A stretch of 64,000 bases of DNA from Candidatus Heimdallarchaeota archaeon (lineage in GTDB: Archaea; Asgardarchaeota; Heimdallarchaeia; Heimdallarchaeales; Heimdallarchaeaceae): the NCBI GenBank assembly GCA_019057815.1, contig JAHLWR010000006.1:125298-189297 (forward strand), written 5' to 3'. Below are positions 1-10,042 of the stretch, in pieces. Position numbers and translations under genes: made by a program. Under the pieces are notes generated by a model that searched no databases, was not told the origin of the DNA, and saw nothing but the letters and a program-made list of their open reading frames with translations. Positions within the stretch are counted from its first letter, which is position 1; the number at the start of each line of letters is the position of its first letter.

Positions 1-160
1 CTTACTGAGTTTTTAATATATGACAATTGTGTTTATCTGCTTAATTAGTTTGTTTACTTCTAGTAATTTAGTTTAAAATAGCATAGAATTTTCCATTTAA
101 GTTTTATCAGTTTATCGTTCTAGCCACTAGATTTTTGAATGAAATTTCTTTCAGTATATT

Positions 161-1324
161 ATGGACAGACAACAAATTCAACTTCAACTGTCCGAAGTTC
201 AAGATAAAGTACTTTTAAGCGAGGGTGTACGAGGACTACTCAAATTTTTAGCTGTTATTGATCGCTTTCCAAATTCGGGAATACGAAGAATATCACGAGA
301 AACAGGTTTTCCAGTTCCTATTTGCGTCGCAATAAGAAATGAGTTCGTAAAGAAAGGTTGGTGTAAGAAAGGTAACGGAACTGTTGTGACTTCTGAAGGA
401 AAAGATATTTTTCTATTTTTCAGCTCGCAGAATACAAGTTTTAGATGTGGAAACTGCGAAGAATATGGTGTGTTTTTCCCATTAAAGAACTATGAAAAAG
501 AGTTAGAATTAATTAAGAAGTACACCCAATTAAGAGGACAACCAGATACAAAAATAGATCAGTCTTTCGCTACATCTCGAACTAGTCTATATAGAGCGCT
601 CTATATGATTCATAACTATGATCTGTTTTCAGGTGATTTTGCTTTAGTAGGTGATAGTGATTTAACAAGCATTGCAATCTCTCAATTTATCCCGAAATCT
701 TCGAGAATAACGGTGTTTGATATTGACTCTAAACTTGAAAATATTATTAACACTGCAAACAAGGAACTTTCAAACAAGATTGAGTTTGTAAAACACGATT
801 TGTACCAACCTATACTAGAATCTTATCATGGAAAGTTTACGTGTATACATACAGATCCACCTTATACCAAGCAAGGATGTAAATTATTTATATCGAGAAG
901 TGTAGATTTGATTAACAAAAAAACAGGTGGAGCAATATATTTGTCTTTTGGGAATAAACCACCAGTTGAAATGAAACAAATACAAGAAGATCTTCTAAAA
1001 ATGGGTTGTGTAATAACTAATATTCTCCCTAATTTCAACAAATATATTGGTGCTCAAAAACTAGGCGGTGTTTCGACCTTTTATAGATTACAAGTTATTC
1101 CTTCAGCAATCCCTATCATAGATGGTAGATATGAAGGTATGCTTTACACAGGGGAAGTCAACCCCACTATTAGAAAATATAAATGTCAAAATTGCAATAG
1201 GACAACAACTGTTGGAATTACAGAAGAGTTTTCAACAATTGAAGAGCTAAAAAATAAAGGGTGTCCCAAGTGTAAGATGAGCTCTTTTACAAAGATTAGC
1301 GAAAAAAAGAGGGAAGAATTTTAA
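161..1324 (+). CDS. BpsA-like branched-chain polyamine synthase / aminopropyltransferase (DUF43-type) with N-terminal HTH-like region and CxxC Zn-ribbon motifs
   Basis: Motifs DQSFAT, VGDSDLTSIA (cf. BpsA GDDDL), VFDID, HDL and TDPPYT; CGNC internally and CQNC...CPKC at the C-terminus. Confidence 0.75.
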   Translation: MDRQQIQLQLSEVQDKVLLSEGVRGLLKFLAVIDRFPNSGIRRISRETGFPVPICVAIRNEFVKKGWCKKGNGTVVTSEGKDIFLFFSSQNTSFRCGNCEEYGVFFPLKNYEKELELIKKYTQLRGQPDTKIDQSFATSRTSLYRALYMIHNYDLFSGDFALVGDSDLTSIAISQFIPKSSRITVFDIDSKLENIINTANKELSNKIEFVKHDLYQPILESYHGKFTCIHTDPPYTKQGCKLFISRSVDLINKKTGGAIYLSFGNKPPVEMKQIQEDLLKMGCVITNILPNFNKYIGAQKLGGVSTFYRLQVIPSAIPIIDGRYEGMLYTGEVNPTIRKYKCQNCNRTTTVGITEEFSTIEELKNKGCPKCKMSSFTKISEKKREEF

Positions 1325-1350
1325 AACCATTAGAAGCTATTATTGTTATA

Positions 1351-2028
1351 ATGAGGATATTTGAGACTATCCACCCAATAATGGGTGTGGGTAATTCTTA
1401 TTTAATTTTACGTGAAGCTGAATGTGTTTTAATAGATACGGGATACTCCAGAAGTGCAAAAAAAATAATTAATGCAGTGAAATCATTTGCCTCTGATAGA
1501 CCTCTTGCAACAATAATAGTAACCCATGCACATCTTGACCATATTAGAGGGTTGGAAACACTGAGTATCCTATTTGGAGCAGAAGTAGTTGTTCATAAAG
1601 ATGAAGGCAATTTTATAATGAAATTAGAAAAATTTCCTCGCGCACAAGGATTTTTGTCAAATATTGTCACAAAATTAACTGAGTTAATGTCTCCCCCCCC
1701 ATATCCTATTGATCGTGTGGTAACAAATGGAGAAGTAATACATGGACTGAAAATTATACATGTCCCGGGGCACACCCCGGGTTCAATAGCTTTGCTGGAC
1801 AGCGTGACTGGTGTATTGTTCTCGGGTGATGCAATTACAACTAATAATAAAGGCTCTAAGATCTTGCCACCCCACAGACTGTTTTGCATTGATATTAAAG
1901 AAGCTAGGAAATCTGCATTACGGTTAATAAATGACACTCAACCTAGTGCAATATTACCTGGACATGGAAAACCAATTTTGGATCCAGAGGAGCACATGTC
2001 GGCATATAAAACTAAGTTTGGTGGATGA
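1351..2028 (+). CDS. Metallo-beta-lactamase-fold hydrolase
   Basis: LIDTG, THAHLDH (HxHxDH), PGHTPGS, FSGDA and LPGHG motifs. Confidence 0.9.
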   Translation: MRIFETIHPIMGVGNSYLILREAECVLIDTGYSRSAKKIINAVKSFASDRPLATIIVTHAHLDHIRGLETLSILFGAEVVVHKDEGNFIMKLEKFPRAQGFLSNIVTKLTELMSPPPYPIDRVVTNGEVIHGLKIIHVPGHTPGSIALLDSVTGVLFSGDAITTNNKGSKILPPHRLFCIDIKEARKSALRLINDTQPSAILPGHGKPILDPEEHMSAYKTKFGG

Positions 2029-2032
2029 TTTC

Positions 2033-3679
2033 GTGACCAAAAAATCATTCGTAACATTCCTGATTCTAAGTGAGATTATCGCACTATTTCTAATCCTGTT
2101 TTTTAATATTGGAATGTTTGGTTTTGATGCTTACATCCATCTCCAATACTGCAGCGCGATTTTAGAGAACAAACATATTTTACAACTAAGTATAGCAAAG
2201 AGTTATTATGACTTCGTAGGCTTCCATATCTTTATTTCTGCTATCGCTTCTTTAACAAGTATCCCTGTATCTGCAATTTATAAATTTGCGAGCGTAATCG
2301 TGCCTATATTGGTTTTTAATCTAACAATAATCGCATTTATTCGTCATGTTGAAAAGAAAAGGAAAGGTTACATTTCAAATGGTATTAATTTACAATACTT
2401 GTCACTTGTTCTCTTGTTTCCTTCTTTGATAGGAATCCAGATGTTTTTTGGTCGACCAAACTCTCTTGGTATCGCATTTTTTAGTCTTTGTCTCTATCTT
2501 TATCTGTGTAAAACAAAAAGTTTCAAATCTCAATTATTGGCAGGATTGTTAGTTATTGTCACTGTAAAAATTCATCATTTATCTGCTATATTCTTACTAC
2601 CTGTTATATTCTTTACAAGTATATTTTTAGCAAGTAATTACAAAACTATATTGTCTTTAATCTACACTTTTCCAGCGGTTATAGTCGTAAATACAATTCT
2701 TGATTCAAGAGAGTTTAATATTGTTAACTTTTACTTATCAAAAAATGAAAATTATGTCATTTTTTATGATATTTTTATCTCAAATCTTGCTGTTTTTCTA
2801 ATTGTATGGTTAGCATTAACTTTGTTAGGATATATCGTCCGTTCAAAATATCAAGAAAAGGTTGTTAACTTCTTTGCACAACGTAAATTGAGTAGAAAAT
2901 TATTTATTTTATTTATCGGAAGTATAACAATATTAGAAGTTGTGGGGTTGTATCTTTACACAACTCAACTTTCATCGTGGTATATCAGTGTTGAATTAAC
3001 AATCTTATTTATTTTAAGTGGAATAGCTTTGTTACCCTCAAATAATGTCAGGAATTCTCTTTTTACTTTAGGGTTCATCTTTTATGGTTTAACCGTTGTG
3101 TTCTCTCTTGTTTTCAGTTCTACACAGCACGAGCTTTCATGGATTGCTCCAAGAACTTTTATTTTCGCGATTATTTTCTTTAGTATTTTATCATATGTAT
3201 CTATTTCAGACTTTCTTATCTTTTTGAAGAAAAAATGGGTGGTATTATTTATACCAATTCTTCTTTTCAATGTGTATGTAAGTTTTTCTTATATTGGTAG
3301 TCATTACATTCCAGAATATAATCTGAATAATAGTTACGAGAATTTAACTTTCGCTTACTGGATTGAAGCAAACACTAACACTTCTACTTTTACAGCTAGC
3401 ATCCCTTTTTCTATAGCGAAATTTATTGATGGTGTTGATATTTATAGACTGCAAGTGTTGCTAGATATACATTCCACTATCTCGCAGAATACTATTAGGT
3501 TAACATCTTCGTATCTAACGTATATTACAATTGGAGCAACAATGGATCAATGGTTGGGCTCACCTTTACGTCTTTCTTCAGAAAATATAACCTATTACAT
3601 AAATACATTATATTATAATCAACCAACTTTTCACTGTATACTTAGCAATGGGAAAAACTGTCTCATGTACAATTGGTGA
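2033..3679 (+). CDS. Polytopic membrane protein, possibly GT-C-like glycosyltransferase/polymerase; likely start GTG 2033 (or 2021) rather than 1931
   Basis: More than 10 hydrophobic segments; GFDAYIH loop after TM1, HHLSA motif, soluble C-terminal domain; next to a GT4; the ORF-track start overlaps the upstream gene by ~100 nt. Confidence 0.55.
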   Translation: MTKKSFVTFLILSEIIALFLILFFNIGMFGFDAYIHLQYCSAILENKHILQLSIAKSYYDFVGFHIFISAIASLTSIPVSAIYKFASVIVPILVFNLTIIAFIRHVEKKRKGYISNGINLQYLSLVLLFPSLIGIQMFFGRPNSLGIAFFSLCLYLYLCKTKSFKSQLLAGLLVIVTVKIHHLSAIFLLPVIFFTSIFLASNYKTILSLIYTFPAVIVVNTILDSREFNIVNFYLSKNENYVIFYDIFISNLAVFLIVWLALTLLGYIVRSKYQEKVVNFFAQRKLSRKLFILFIGSITILEVVGLYLYTTQLSSWYISVELTILFILSGIALLPSNNVRNSLFTLGFIFYGLTVVFSLVFSSTQHELSWIAPRTFIFAIIFFSILSYVSISDFLIFLKKKWVVLFIPILLFNVYVSFSYIGSHYIPEYNLNNSYENLTFAYWIEANTNTSTFTASIPFSIAKFIDGVDIYRLQVLLDIHSTISQNTIRLTSSYLTYITIGATMDQWLGSPLRLSSENITYYINTLYYNQPTFHCILSNGKNCLMYNW

Positions 3680-3685
3680 TTACTT

Positions 3686-4837
3686 ATGACCCCCTTACGT
3701 ATCGTTCAAGTGACACCTTTTTTTGGTTACAGACAATATGGTGGAACAGAGCGCTTTGTTATGAATTTGTCTGAAGAACTAGCTGATAGAGGACATCACA
3801 TCGATGTTTTTTCCACAAAACATTCAACAGAAATCCCTTATCAAGAATATTATAAGAACTTAACAATTCATAGGTTTTATAGCCCAGTAAATTTTTTTGG
3901 TATAAATCCTGCTTGTATAATGTTACATAAATTATTGAAAGTTAAAGAAATTGATGTTTTTCATGTACATTCTTATATCTATTTTACAAGCATTCAAGCT
4001 GCATTAGCGAAACTATTCAGGAGAATTCCTATTCTTTTGCATATTCATGGTGGGATTGGACGTCCACCCTATAAGACGAGCATGTTGCGTCATTTTGCCA
4101 AGCTATTTTATGATCAGACTTTTGGTAGTTTTGTATTACATCAATCAGATCTTATTGCCTCAGTAAGTGCTTGTGATGCTGAAATATTGAAAATTTCCGC
4201 TCCTAAGAAAAATGCTAGTATTTTTATTATTAATAATGCTATTAATGTAGAAAATTTTCCTGAAGTAACTCCAAGAGTGCAAGATAATTTTGTTGTAACA
4301 TATATAGGAGATCTTGAACCTTGGAAGGGCGTTGTATATTATGCCCGAGTGATTAAAGAAGTATTGAAGAATAACAAGAAAGTAGTTTTTTGGTTTATTG
4401 GAAGCGGTTCTCTGTCCTCATCACTTCAAGATTTCTTCAAAGGTCAACAAAGGGTAAAATTCTTTGGCACTGTTAACCACAAAACAATACCTTCATTATT
4501 ATCAAAGACTAATTTACTTGTTCACCCCAGTTACTGGGAAGGTTCTCCAACAACAATTATTGAAGCAATGACTATGGGTATCCCTATAATTGGGTCAAAA
4601 GTTGGAGATATTCCACGTCTTCTTAGATATGGCAAAGCTGGAACTTTATTTGTTGCAGGCAATGAAACCCAACTAAGAGAAAAAATAGAGGATGCGCTTA
4701 CAAATTATGACGAAATGATCTCTACTGCTCAAAAATATCGAAGAGGGTTTAGAGAGGACTTTTCACTCAAAGTTGTTACTGACAAAATCGAAAAATTATA
4801 TTATACACTTAGCACCAAAGAGAACTTAAAACGTTAA
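3686..4837 (+). CDS. Glycosyltransferase family 4 (GT-B)
   Basis: GGTER, HVHS, HIHG, KG motif and PSYWEGSPTTIIEAM (ExxxxxxxE). Confidence 0.92.
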   Translation: MTPLRIVQVTPFFGYRQYGGTERFVMNLSEELADRGHHIDVFSTKHSTEIPYQEYYKNLTIHRFYSPVNFFGINPACIMLHKLLKVKEIDVFHVHSYIYFTSIQAALAKLFRRIPILLHIHGGIGRPPYKTSMLRHFAKLFYDQTFGSFVLHQSDLIASVSACDAEILKISAPKKNASIFIINNAINVENFPEVTPRVQDNFVVTYIGDLEPWKGVVYYARVIKEVLKNNKKVVFWFIGSGSLSSSLQDFFKGQQRVKFFGTVNHKTIPSLLSKTNLLVHPSYWEGSPTTIIEAMTMGIPIIGSKVGDIPRLLRYGKAGTLFVAGNETQLREKIEDALTNYDEMISTAQKYRRGFREDFSLKVVTDKIEKLYYTLSTKENLKR

Positions 4838-5178
4838 ACAGAGCAAATTAATAGACATTGGACTCCAACAGATTTTTAAATAATCATATATCAAATCTAT
4901 CTGGAGTGTGATTAAGTGGTCTTATCGAGGGCTTGCGAAATGCTCGTACAATAGCAAATTTGACTTATCTAATCAAGCTATTGAAGATCACAACATTCGT
5001 AAATATTTGCAATGCTTTTTTATTTCATATGATACTATTAGATTATGTTCTTCAACCAAAATGTTGAGATATCTAAAATTTTTTAGACATGTTCAAAATA
5101 GTGCCAAATCAGTGTTGTCTAACGGAAAAAAATAGTGTTCAAATAAAAAAGTAAGAATCTATAGCGAGGTAATGAAAA

Positions 5179-6897
5179 GTGAGTGAAAGATGGGTAATAA
5201 CAGCTGCATGGCCATATGTAAACACAGTACCACATCTAGGTACTATGTTACAATTGTTGAGCGGAGATGTGGTTACTAGATACCACAAATTAAGAAAACA
5301 TGAAGTATTGTATGTGAGTGGTAGTGATATACATGGTACTCCTATTGTAGTGGCAGCTGAAGCTGAAGGAATAACCCCAAAGGAACTAGCATTAAAATAT
5401 CATAAAATAATTTTACAATTATTAAAAGACTGGAATATCGAGTTTGATAGATATACAACTACTGGTAATGAAACACACATCACTTTTGTACAAGAATTTC
5501 ATAAAAAAATACATGAAAACGGGTATTTTGATCTAAGAGAAACTGAGCAATATTTTTGTGAATACTGTAAAAAATTCCTTCCAGATCGTTTTGTTGAAGG
5601 CACTTGCCCAACATGTGGTGAAGAAGGAGCAAGAGGAGATCAATGCACCAATCATGAATGTGGAGTAGTACTTAAACCAGTTGACTTAATTAATCCATAC
5701 TGCTCAACATGTAATAATACTCCAATTCTAAAAAAAACAGAACATTGGTATTTTGACTTACCCGCATTTTCAGAAGAACTCAGAAAATTTATTGAAGAGA
5801 ATCCTCATATCCCCTCTTTTGCAAAAAAGAAAGTTTTGAGCATGATTGATAAAGGGTTAAAAGAACGACCTATTTCAAGAGATATGCAATGGGGGATACC
5901 AATTGCGCCTATCTTTGGTGAGGAATTCAAGAAAAAAGTCATATATGTTTGGTTTGAAAATGTTTTAGGATATCTTAGCACAGTCAAGTTAATAGCCAAG
6001 GAACAAGGAAAAACCGATTTATTTGAAAATTTCTGGTTAAATAAGAACACCAAAACCGTTTTCTGTATTGGAAAGGATAATATAATTTTTCATGCATTAT
6101 TATTCCCTGCAATGTTGATGGCGACAAAAGATTCGTATCCACTGCCACATGCAGTAGCAACAACGAATTTCCTAATGTTTAAAGAAGGTCCATTTTCGAA
6201 GTCAAAAGGAATCGGGATATGGGGAGATGAAGCCATTGAAATTGAAAAAGCTGATTATTGGCGTTATTATCTTATTTCGACTAGACCAGAGATGAAAGAT
6301 ACATATTTTGATTGGAGAGAATTTGGTAATGCTATTAATGTTGATTTGAATGATGTTATTGGTAATTTTATTCATCGAACAGTTACATTCATCTCTCAAC
6401 ACTTTGACGGAAAGATTCCTGAAAGAGGAAAGTTAGGAGATGAAGAAGAAAAATTACTTTCAGAAATTGAGAAAAGTGTTCAAGACTATAAGAATGCAAT
6501 GGATTCTTTCAAACTAAAGGAGGCAGCTAACGCAACCCTAGTTTTAGCAAGAAAAGGCAATTTGTATCTCTCAACTACACAACCTTGGCATTTAATAAAA
6601 AAAGATAAAGCGAAAGCTGGGCAAGTGTTGAATATATCTGCAAAAATCGCTGAGACTGTTTCATTGCTTTTATGGCCCATTGTTCCAAGTGCAAGTGAAA
6701 AACTGTGGGAAGTTATTGGATTTAAGGGTATACCACCAGACACAGGGATTGATTATCTAGATATAAATTTAACTAATGATGGTCAAGAAGTAAAAAAAAG
6801 CCAACCTATATTTGGAAAAGTAAAAGTAAAAGAAGTGGAAGAAAAATTAACAAAACTAAAGGAAGAAGCAAAAAGGAGAAATGAAAATGGAAGATAA
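5179..6897 (+). CDS. metG: Methionine--tRNA ligase (catalytic subunit, no C-terminal OB domain)
   Basis: AWPYVN..PHLG (HIGH-like), SGSDIHGTP, Zn knuckles, YVWFE, IGKDNI and FSKSKG (KMSKS-like). Confidence 0.96.
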   Translation: MSERWVITAAWPYVNTVPHLGTMLQLLSGDVVTRYHKLRKHEVLYVSGSDIHGTPIVVAAEAEGITPKELALKYHKIILQLLKDWNIEFDRYTTTGNETHITFVQEFHKKIHENGYFDLRETEQYFCEYCKKFLPDRFVEGTCPTCGEEGARGDQCTNHECGVVLKPVDLINPYCSTCNNTPILKKTEHWYFDLPAFSEELRKFIEENPHIPSFAKKKVLSMIDKGLKERPISRDMQWGIPIAPIFGEEFKKKVIYVWFENVLGYLSTVKLIAKEQGKTDLFENFWLNKNTKTVFCIGKDNIIFHALLFPAMLMATKDSYPLPHAVATTNFLMFKEGPFSKSKGIGIWGDEAIEIEKADYWRYYLISTRPEMKDTYFDWREFGNAINVDLNDVIGNFIHRTVTFISQHFDGKIPERGKLGDEEEKLLSEIEKSVQDYKNAMDSFKLKEAANATLVLARKGNLYLSTTQPWHLIKKDKAKAGQVLNISAKIAETVSLLLWPIVPSASEKLWEVIGFKGIPPDTGIDYLDINLTNDGQEVKKSQPIFGKVKVKEVEEKLTKLKEEAKRRNENGR

Positions 6898-7237
6898 AAG
6901 AAAGGTAAAACAAGAAAGGATAAGTTTCACTGAATTTCAAAAGATGAAATTAAAAGTTGCCACAATTAAACATGCTGAAGAAATAGAAAAGAGTAGGAAT
7001 TTGATTAAACTAATAGTAGATCTTGGAATTGAAGAAAGACAAATACTAGCAGGAATCAAACAATATTACAAAGCTAAAGATCTAATAGGAAGACAGATCG
7101 TTGTTATTGTAAACCTAGAACCTGCAACATTAATGGGAGAAAAATCTGATGGTATGCTAATGGCTGCGGATATTGATGGAGAGCCCATACTACTTCAACC
7201 AGAGAGAGAAGTTCCACCTGGTACACCAATCAAGTAG
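6881..7237 (+). CDS. Stand-alone tRNA-binding OB-fold protein (MetRS beta subunit / Trbp111-like)
   Basis: ISFTEFQKMKLKVA, VDLG..ERQILAGI, NLEPATLMGEKSDGM; overlaps the metG end. Confidence 0.9.
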   Translation: MKMEDKRKVKQERISFTEFQKMKLKVATIKHAEEIEKSRNLIKLIVDLGIEERQILAGIKQYYKAKDLIGRQIVVIVNLEPATLMGEKSDGMLMAADIDGEPILLQPEREVPPGTPIK

Positions 7238-7476
7238 AATGCAATTAGCCGTTATTATATCTTAACATTTTTTCTCCTTCTCTCCTTACTTCTTTCTCTG
7301 AAAATGTATTCCTTTGTTTATCACTCCATTTTCAATTTAAAACGAGTAAAATGGTATTTTCGTTGGTTTTGCAAACCCAAAGACTACACCTGGATGATAG
7401 CTGAAGTAAGTTTGATATGTTCGCAGAGTATTACATTAGCTCATAATTAGTCACACAAGAAATAATTAGGTGATAA

Positions 7477-7635
7477 ATGATGAAACTAGTAACAGTTCAT
7501 CTTCCAAGTGAATTCCTCCATGACCTTGATGAATTAGTAAGACAAAAAAGATATCCTAATAGAAGCGAATGTATTCGTGTAGCGATTAGAGACTTGCTTA
7601 AAGAAGAAGCATGGACAAAAAGGGCCGCAATCTAA
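7477..7635 (+). CDS. Small ribbon-helix-helix (CopG/CdrS-like) transcription regulator, 52 aa, absent from the ORF track
   Basis: Hand translation MMKLVTVHLPSEFLHDLDELVRQKRYPNRSECIRVAIRDLLKEEAWTKRAAI*; SD-like AGGTGA at 7468-7473. Confidence 0.88.
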   Translation: MMKLVTVHLPSEFLHDLDELVRQKRYPNRSECIRVAIRDLLKEEAWTKRAAI

Positions 7636-7670
7636 TCATAAATAAGGGCTAGTAGTGCACGTACTTTCTA

Positions 7671-8327
7671 CTATAAGTGAATTTGAAAAGCTCTGATGAA
7701 CTTTTCGGGTAGAGATAAGTGTGCTCCTTCTCCTTTTGTTTTTCTTCTCCTGATAGATTCTAGTAAGTCATCAATTGATTCAATTCCTTTTGGACAAATT
7801 GTATATGCCATTCCTACATCTTGAATTCTATGGGAATCACTTCCCCCTGTTTCTGGTAAATTTTTTCTTCTGGCGAAGTTTTTTGCTCTGTTATTGAAAT
7901 ATTGGAGCCAACATGAACCATTTTGTGTCTCTACAAAAATTTTTTCTAATTTAAAGATCCTTTTACCTATTCCTTTCCTAGTAACATCAAAAGGGTGGGG
8001 TACTATCACTTCTCCCCCAAAATCTAGTATGTTTTCAATTGTTTCTTCAATTGAGAGCCTTTTTGGGATGGTGTTTTTAATACCTAAACCAATAATGTGT
8101 CCTTTATTAGTAGAAACCTCAATACCGGGTATTATTAGTAAATCGGTTTCTATTCTTACTTTATAATGAAAATCTGTAGTGTTGTGATCAGTTATAGCTA
8201 AACCTGATAAACCGCGTCTTTCAGCTTCTTTAATTATACTCTTTGGGTTACTTTTACAATCTCTGGAGTAGTGACTGTGAACGTGTAAATCAAAAAAATC
8301 TTTTTCTTCATTCCTCCAGTTTTCCAT
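7671..8327 (-). CDS. PHP-domain phosphoesterase (likely start ATG 8327)
   Basis: DLHVHS, AITDHN, PGIEVST, VPHPF and GGSDSH motifs. Confidence 0.9.
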   Translation of the reverse strand: MENWRNEEKDFFDLHVHSHYSRDCKSNPKSIIKEAERRGLSGLAITDHNTTDFHYKVRIETDLLIIPGIEVSTNKGHIIGLGIKNTIPKRLSIEETIENILDFGGEVIVPHPFDVTRKGIGKRIFKLEKIFVETQNGSCWLQYFNNRAKNFARRKNLPETGGSDSHRIQDVGMAYTICPKGIESIDDLLESIRRRKTKGEGAHLSLPEKFIRAFQIHL

Positions 8328-8343
8328 TCTTCCCCTTCTCTCC

Positions 8344-9000
8344 CTATTCGCTACTCTTATTTTCTTGTTTTTCTTGTTCAAATACTATTCTTTCCAACTC
8401 ATTCAAATCTGAAATTGAAGCTAAATCTTCTTCACTGTCTGCTGCAATCCACATTTTTTGTTTATTCTCTTTCAATTCTCTCATTTTACGCTCTATGAAA
8501 CCATAAACTTTGGTGTGTTTCGAACCATTAATTAATTGAATTATTGCTTCTCTAACTATATGCATTTTTTGGAATTCTCCAATTATACTAATAGTATTCC
8601 CAAAAACTGATAGGAAAACACCTGTTGATTGTTCAATAGTGTTTCTTGTTCGTCCCTTTTTTCCAATAACTCTAGATCTTACCTCTTGAAGGGCGCTTGG
8701 CTTTGTACCTATTATATCTCTAATTTGGATTAATTCAAAACCGAAATCTGATCGCATTATCTTATATACTTTATGAGGGCTAAAACCTCTTCCTATAGCT
8801 TTAACCATATCTCTTGCTTTCCATAAAGCAATAGGATCATCAATTTCATCTTCCATTACCACTAGTACATTACCATTATCGCTGTTGACAATCAATTTGC
8901 AACCAGTTAGCTCTTCTAGACGCTTCTTTGTAGAACCCTTGGGTCCAATAAGGACAGCTACTCGTTCCATTGGTACTCTAACTAGAAACTCACTGGTCAT
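8344..9000 (-). CDS. dim2: KH-domain pre-rRNA processing protein Dim2/Pno1/KRR1 family (likely start ATG 9000 with GGTGA SD)
   Basis: LIGPKG, AIGRGFS, RVIGKKG KH motifs; conserved position after RIO1. Confidence 0.9.
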   Translation of the reverse strand: MTSEFLVRVPMERVAVLIGPKGSTKKRLEELTGCKLIVNSDNGNVLVVMEDEIDDPIALWKARDMVKAIGRGFSPHKVYKIMRSDFGFELIQIRDIIGTKPSALQEVRSRVIGKKGRTRNTIEQSTGVFLSVFGNTISIIGEFQKMHIVREAIIQLINGSKHTKVYGFIERKMRELKENKQKMWIAADSEEDLASISDLNELERIVFEQEKQENKSSE

Positions 9001-9004
9001 TATA

Positions 9005-9811
9005 TCACCGATCGATTTCATATAATTCTAATCTGGGGTTAGGTTTAACTCCCGTTATTTGTTCAAAAAGGTCACTATTGTTAAGAGTTTTTACGCCCAA
9101 TGATGAGAAGTATCTATTGATATTGCTAACATCACGGTATAAGAAAAATGCTGCTTGAGGATGATCTAGCAAAACAGCTTGAGACACGTCAATTATAATG
9201 GGTTTATTGTTGTGATATAAAATATTGTACTCACTTAAATCAGCGTGTACCAACTTAGCCTCATTGTACATTAGCGATAGAATATCCAGGATTTCTGAGT
9301 AAACTTTTCCTGGTTTCTTTAAATTCACTTCACGTATGAGTGGGGCCGCATTCTGTTTTTCCCCTATAAAACTCATAATAAGAATATTTTTGTTAACAAT
9401 TTCTGGTTTAGGAACAGGAATGCCTGCATTTAACATCCTTTTCAGATTTTTAAATTCCTTTTTTGCCCATGTGTATATGAAAGAATATGTGCCTTTTTTG
9501 TATTTTTTAAAACGAGGATCACCTTGAACATAAATCCAGTTTCTTTTAAATTCAGCAGTGGTTGTGCGGTAAATTTTAATCGCAAATTCTTCTTTTTTTG
9601 AGCCATATGCGTGATAAACATTAGCTTCTTTACCAGTAGAAATAACAAAACTGATATCCTTGAAAATTCCTTTATTCATTAGCTTTACCAATACCATACT
9701 TGTCTGAAAATCAAATACACTTTCAATGACTTTTCGAGCATTACTATCTTTCTCACGAATCCGCTCTTTGTCAATTTTTCCATCAATTTTGTTAAGATCT
9801 TTATATGACAT
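9005..9811 (-). CDS. rio1: RIO1 serine/threonine kinase/ATPase
   Basis: ISTGKEANVY, AIKIYRT, WAKKEFKNL, LVHADLSEYNIL and IIDVSQAV. Confidence 0.95.
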   Translation of the reverse strand: MSYKDLNKIDGKIDKERIREKDSNARKVIESVFDFQTSMVLVKLMNKGIFKDISFVISTGKEANVYHAYGSKKEEFAIKIYRTTTAEFKRNWIYVQGDPRFKKYKKGTYSFIYTWAKKEFKNLKRMLNAGIPVPKPEIVNKNILIMSFIGEKQNAAPLIREVNLKKPGKVYSEILDILSLMYNEAKLVHADLSEYNILYHNNKPIIIDVSQAVLLDHPQAAFFLYRDVSNINRYFSSLGVKTLNNSDLFEQITGVKPNPRLELYEIDR

Positions 9812-10042
9812 TGGTGCCTAGGGTCCTCCTTTTCACTTATTGATTTATTTGGCTATAGATTACTATTAGGAGAGTAGGAAGTGCAACTTTGCTATGCCTT
9901 TTCTAATATTTCGTGCTGTTTATAATAAAACTATTGCTTTGGCTGAAAATAAAGAAATATTAAATAAAGTTATAATTGTTTCCATCTATTAAGAAATTTT
10001 GTACAAAATTACAGTCATGCTTGTTAAAAGGGATGTTTGAAG

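Noticed and set aside
1931-2032. ORF-track N-terminal extension of the membrane protein
   Set aside because: It overlaps the MBL gene by ~100 nt; a downstream GTG with an SD-like GGTGG is more plausible.
4908-5135. 75-aa ORF upstream of metG, and a short hairpin at 4862-4907 (ACTCCA..AGATTT / AAATCT..TGGAGT)
   Set aside because: The ORF has no motif and atypical composition. The hairpin is only 6+6 bp in AT-rich DNA, with no recognisable riboswitch or ncRNA features.
7380-7410. C/D-box-like words (GATGATA, CTGA) upstream of the RHH gene
   Set aside because: The boxes are adjacent with no guide spacing, and the C box is imperfect.
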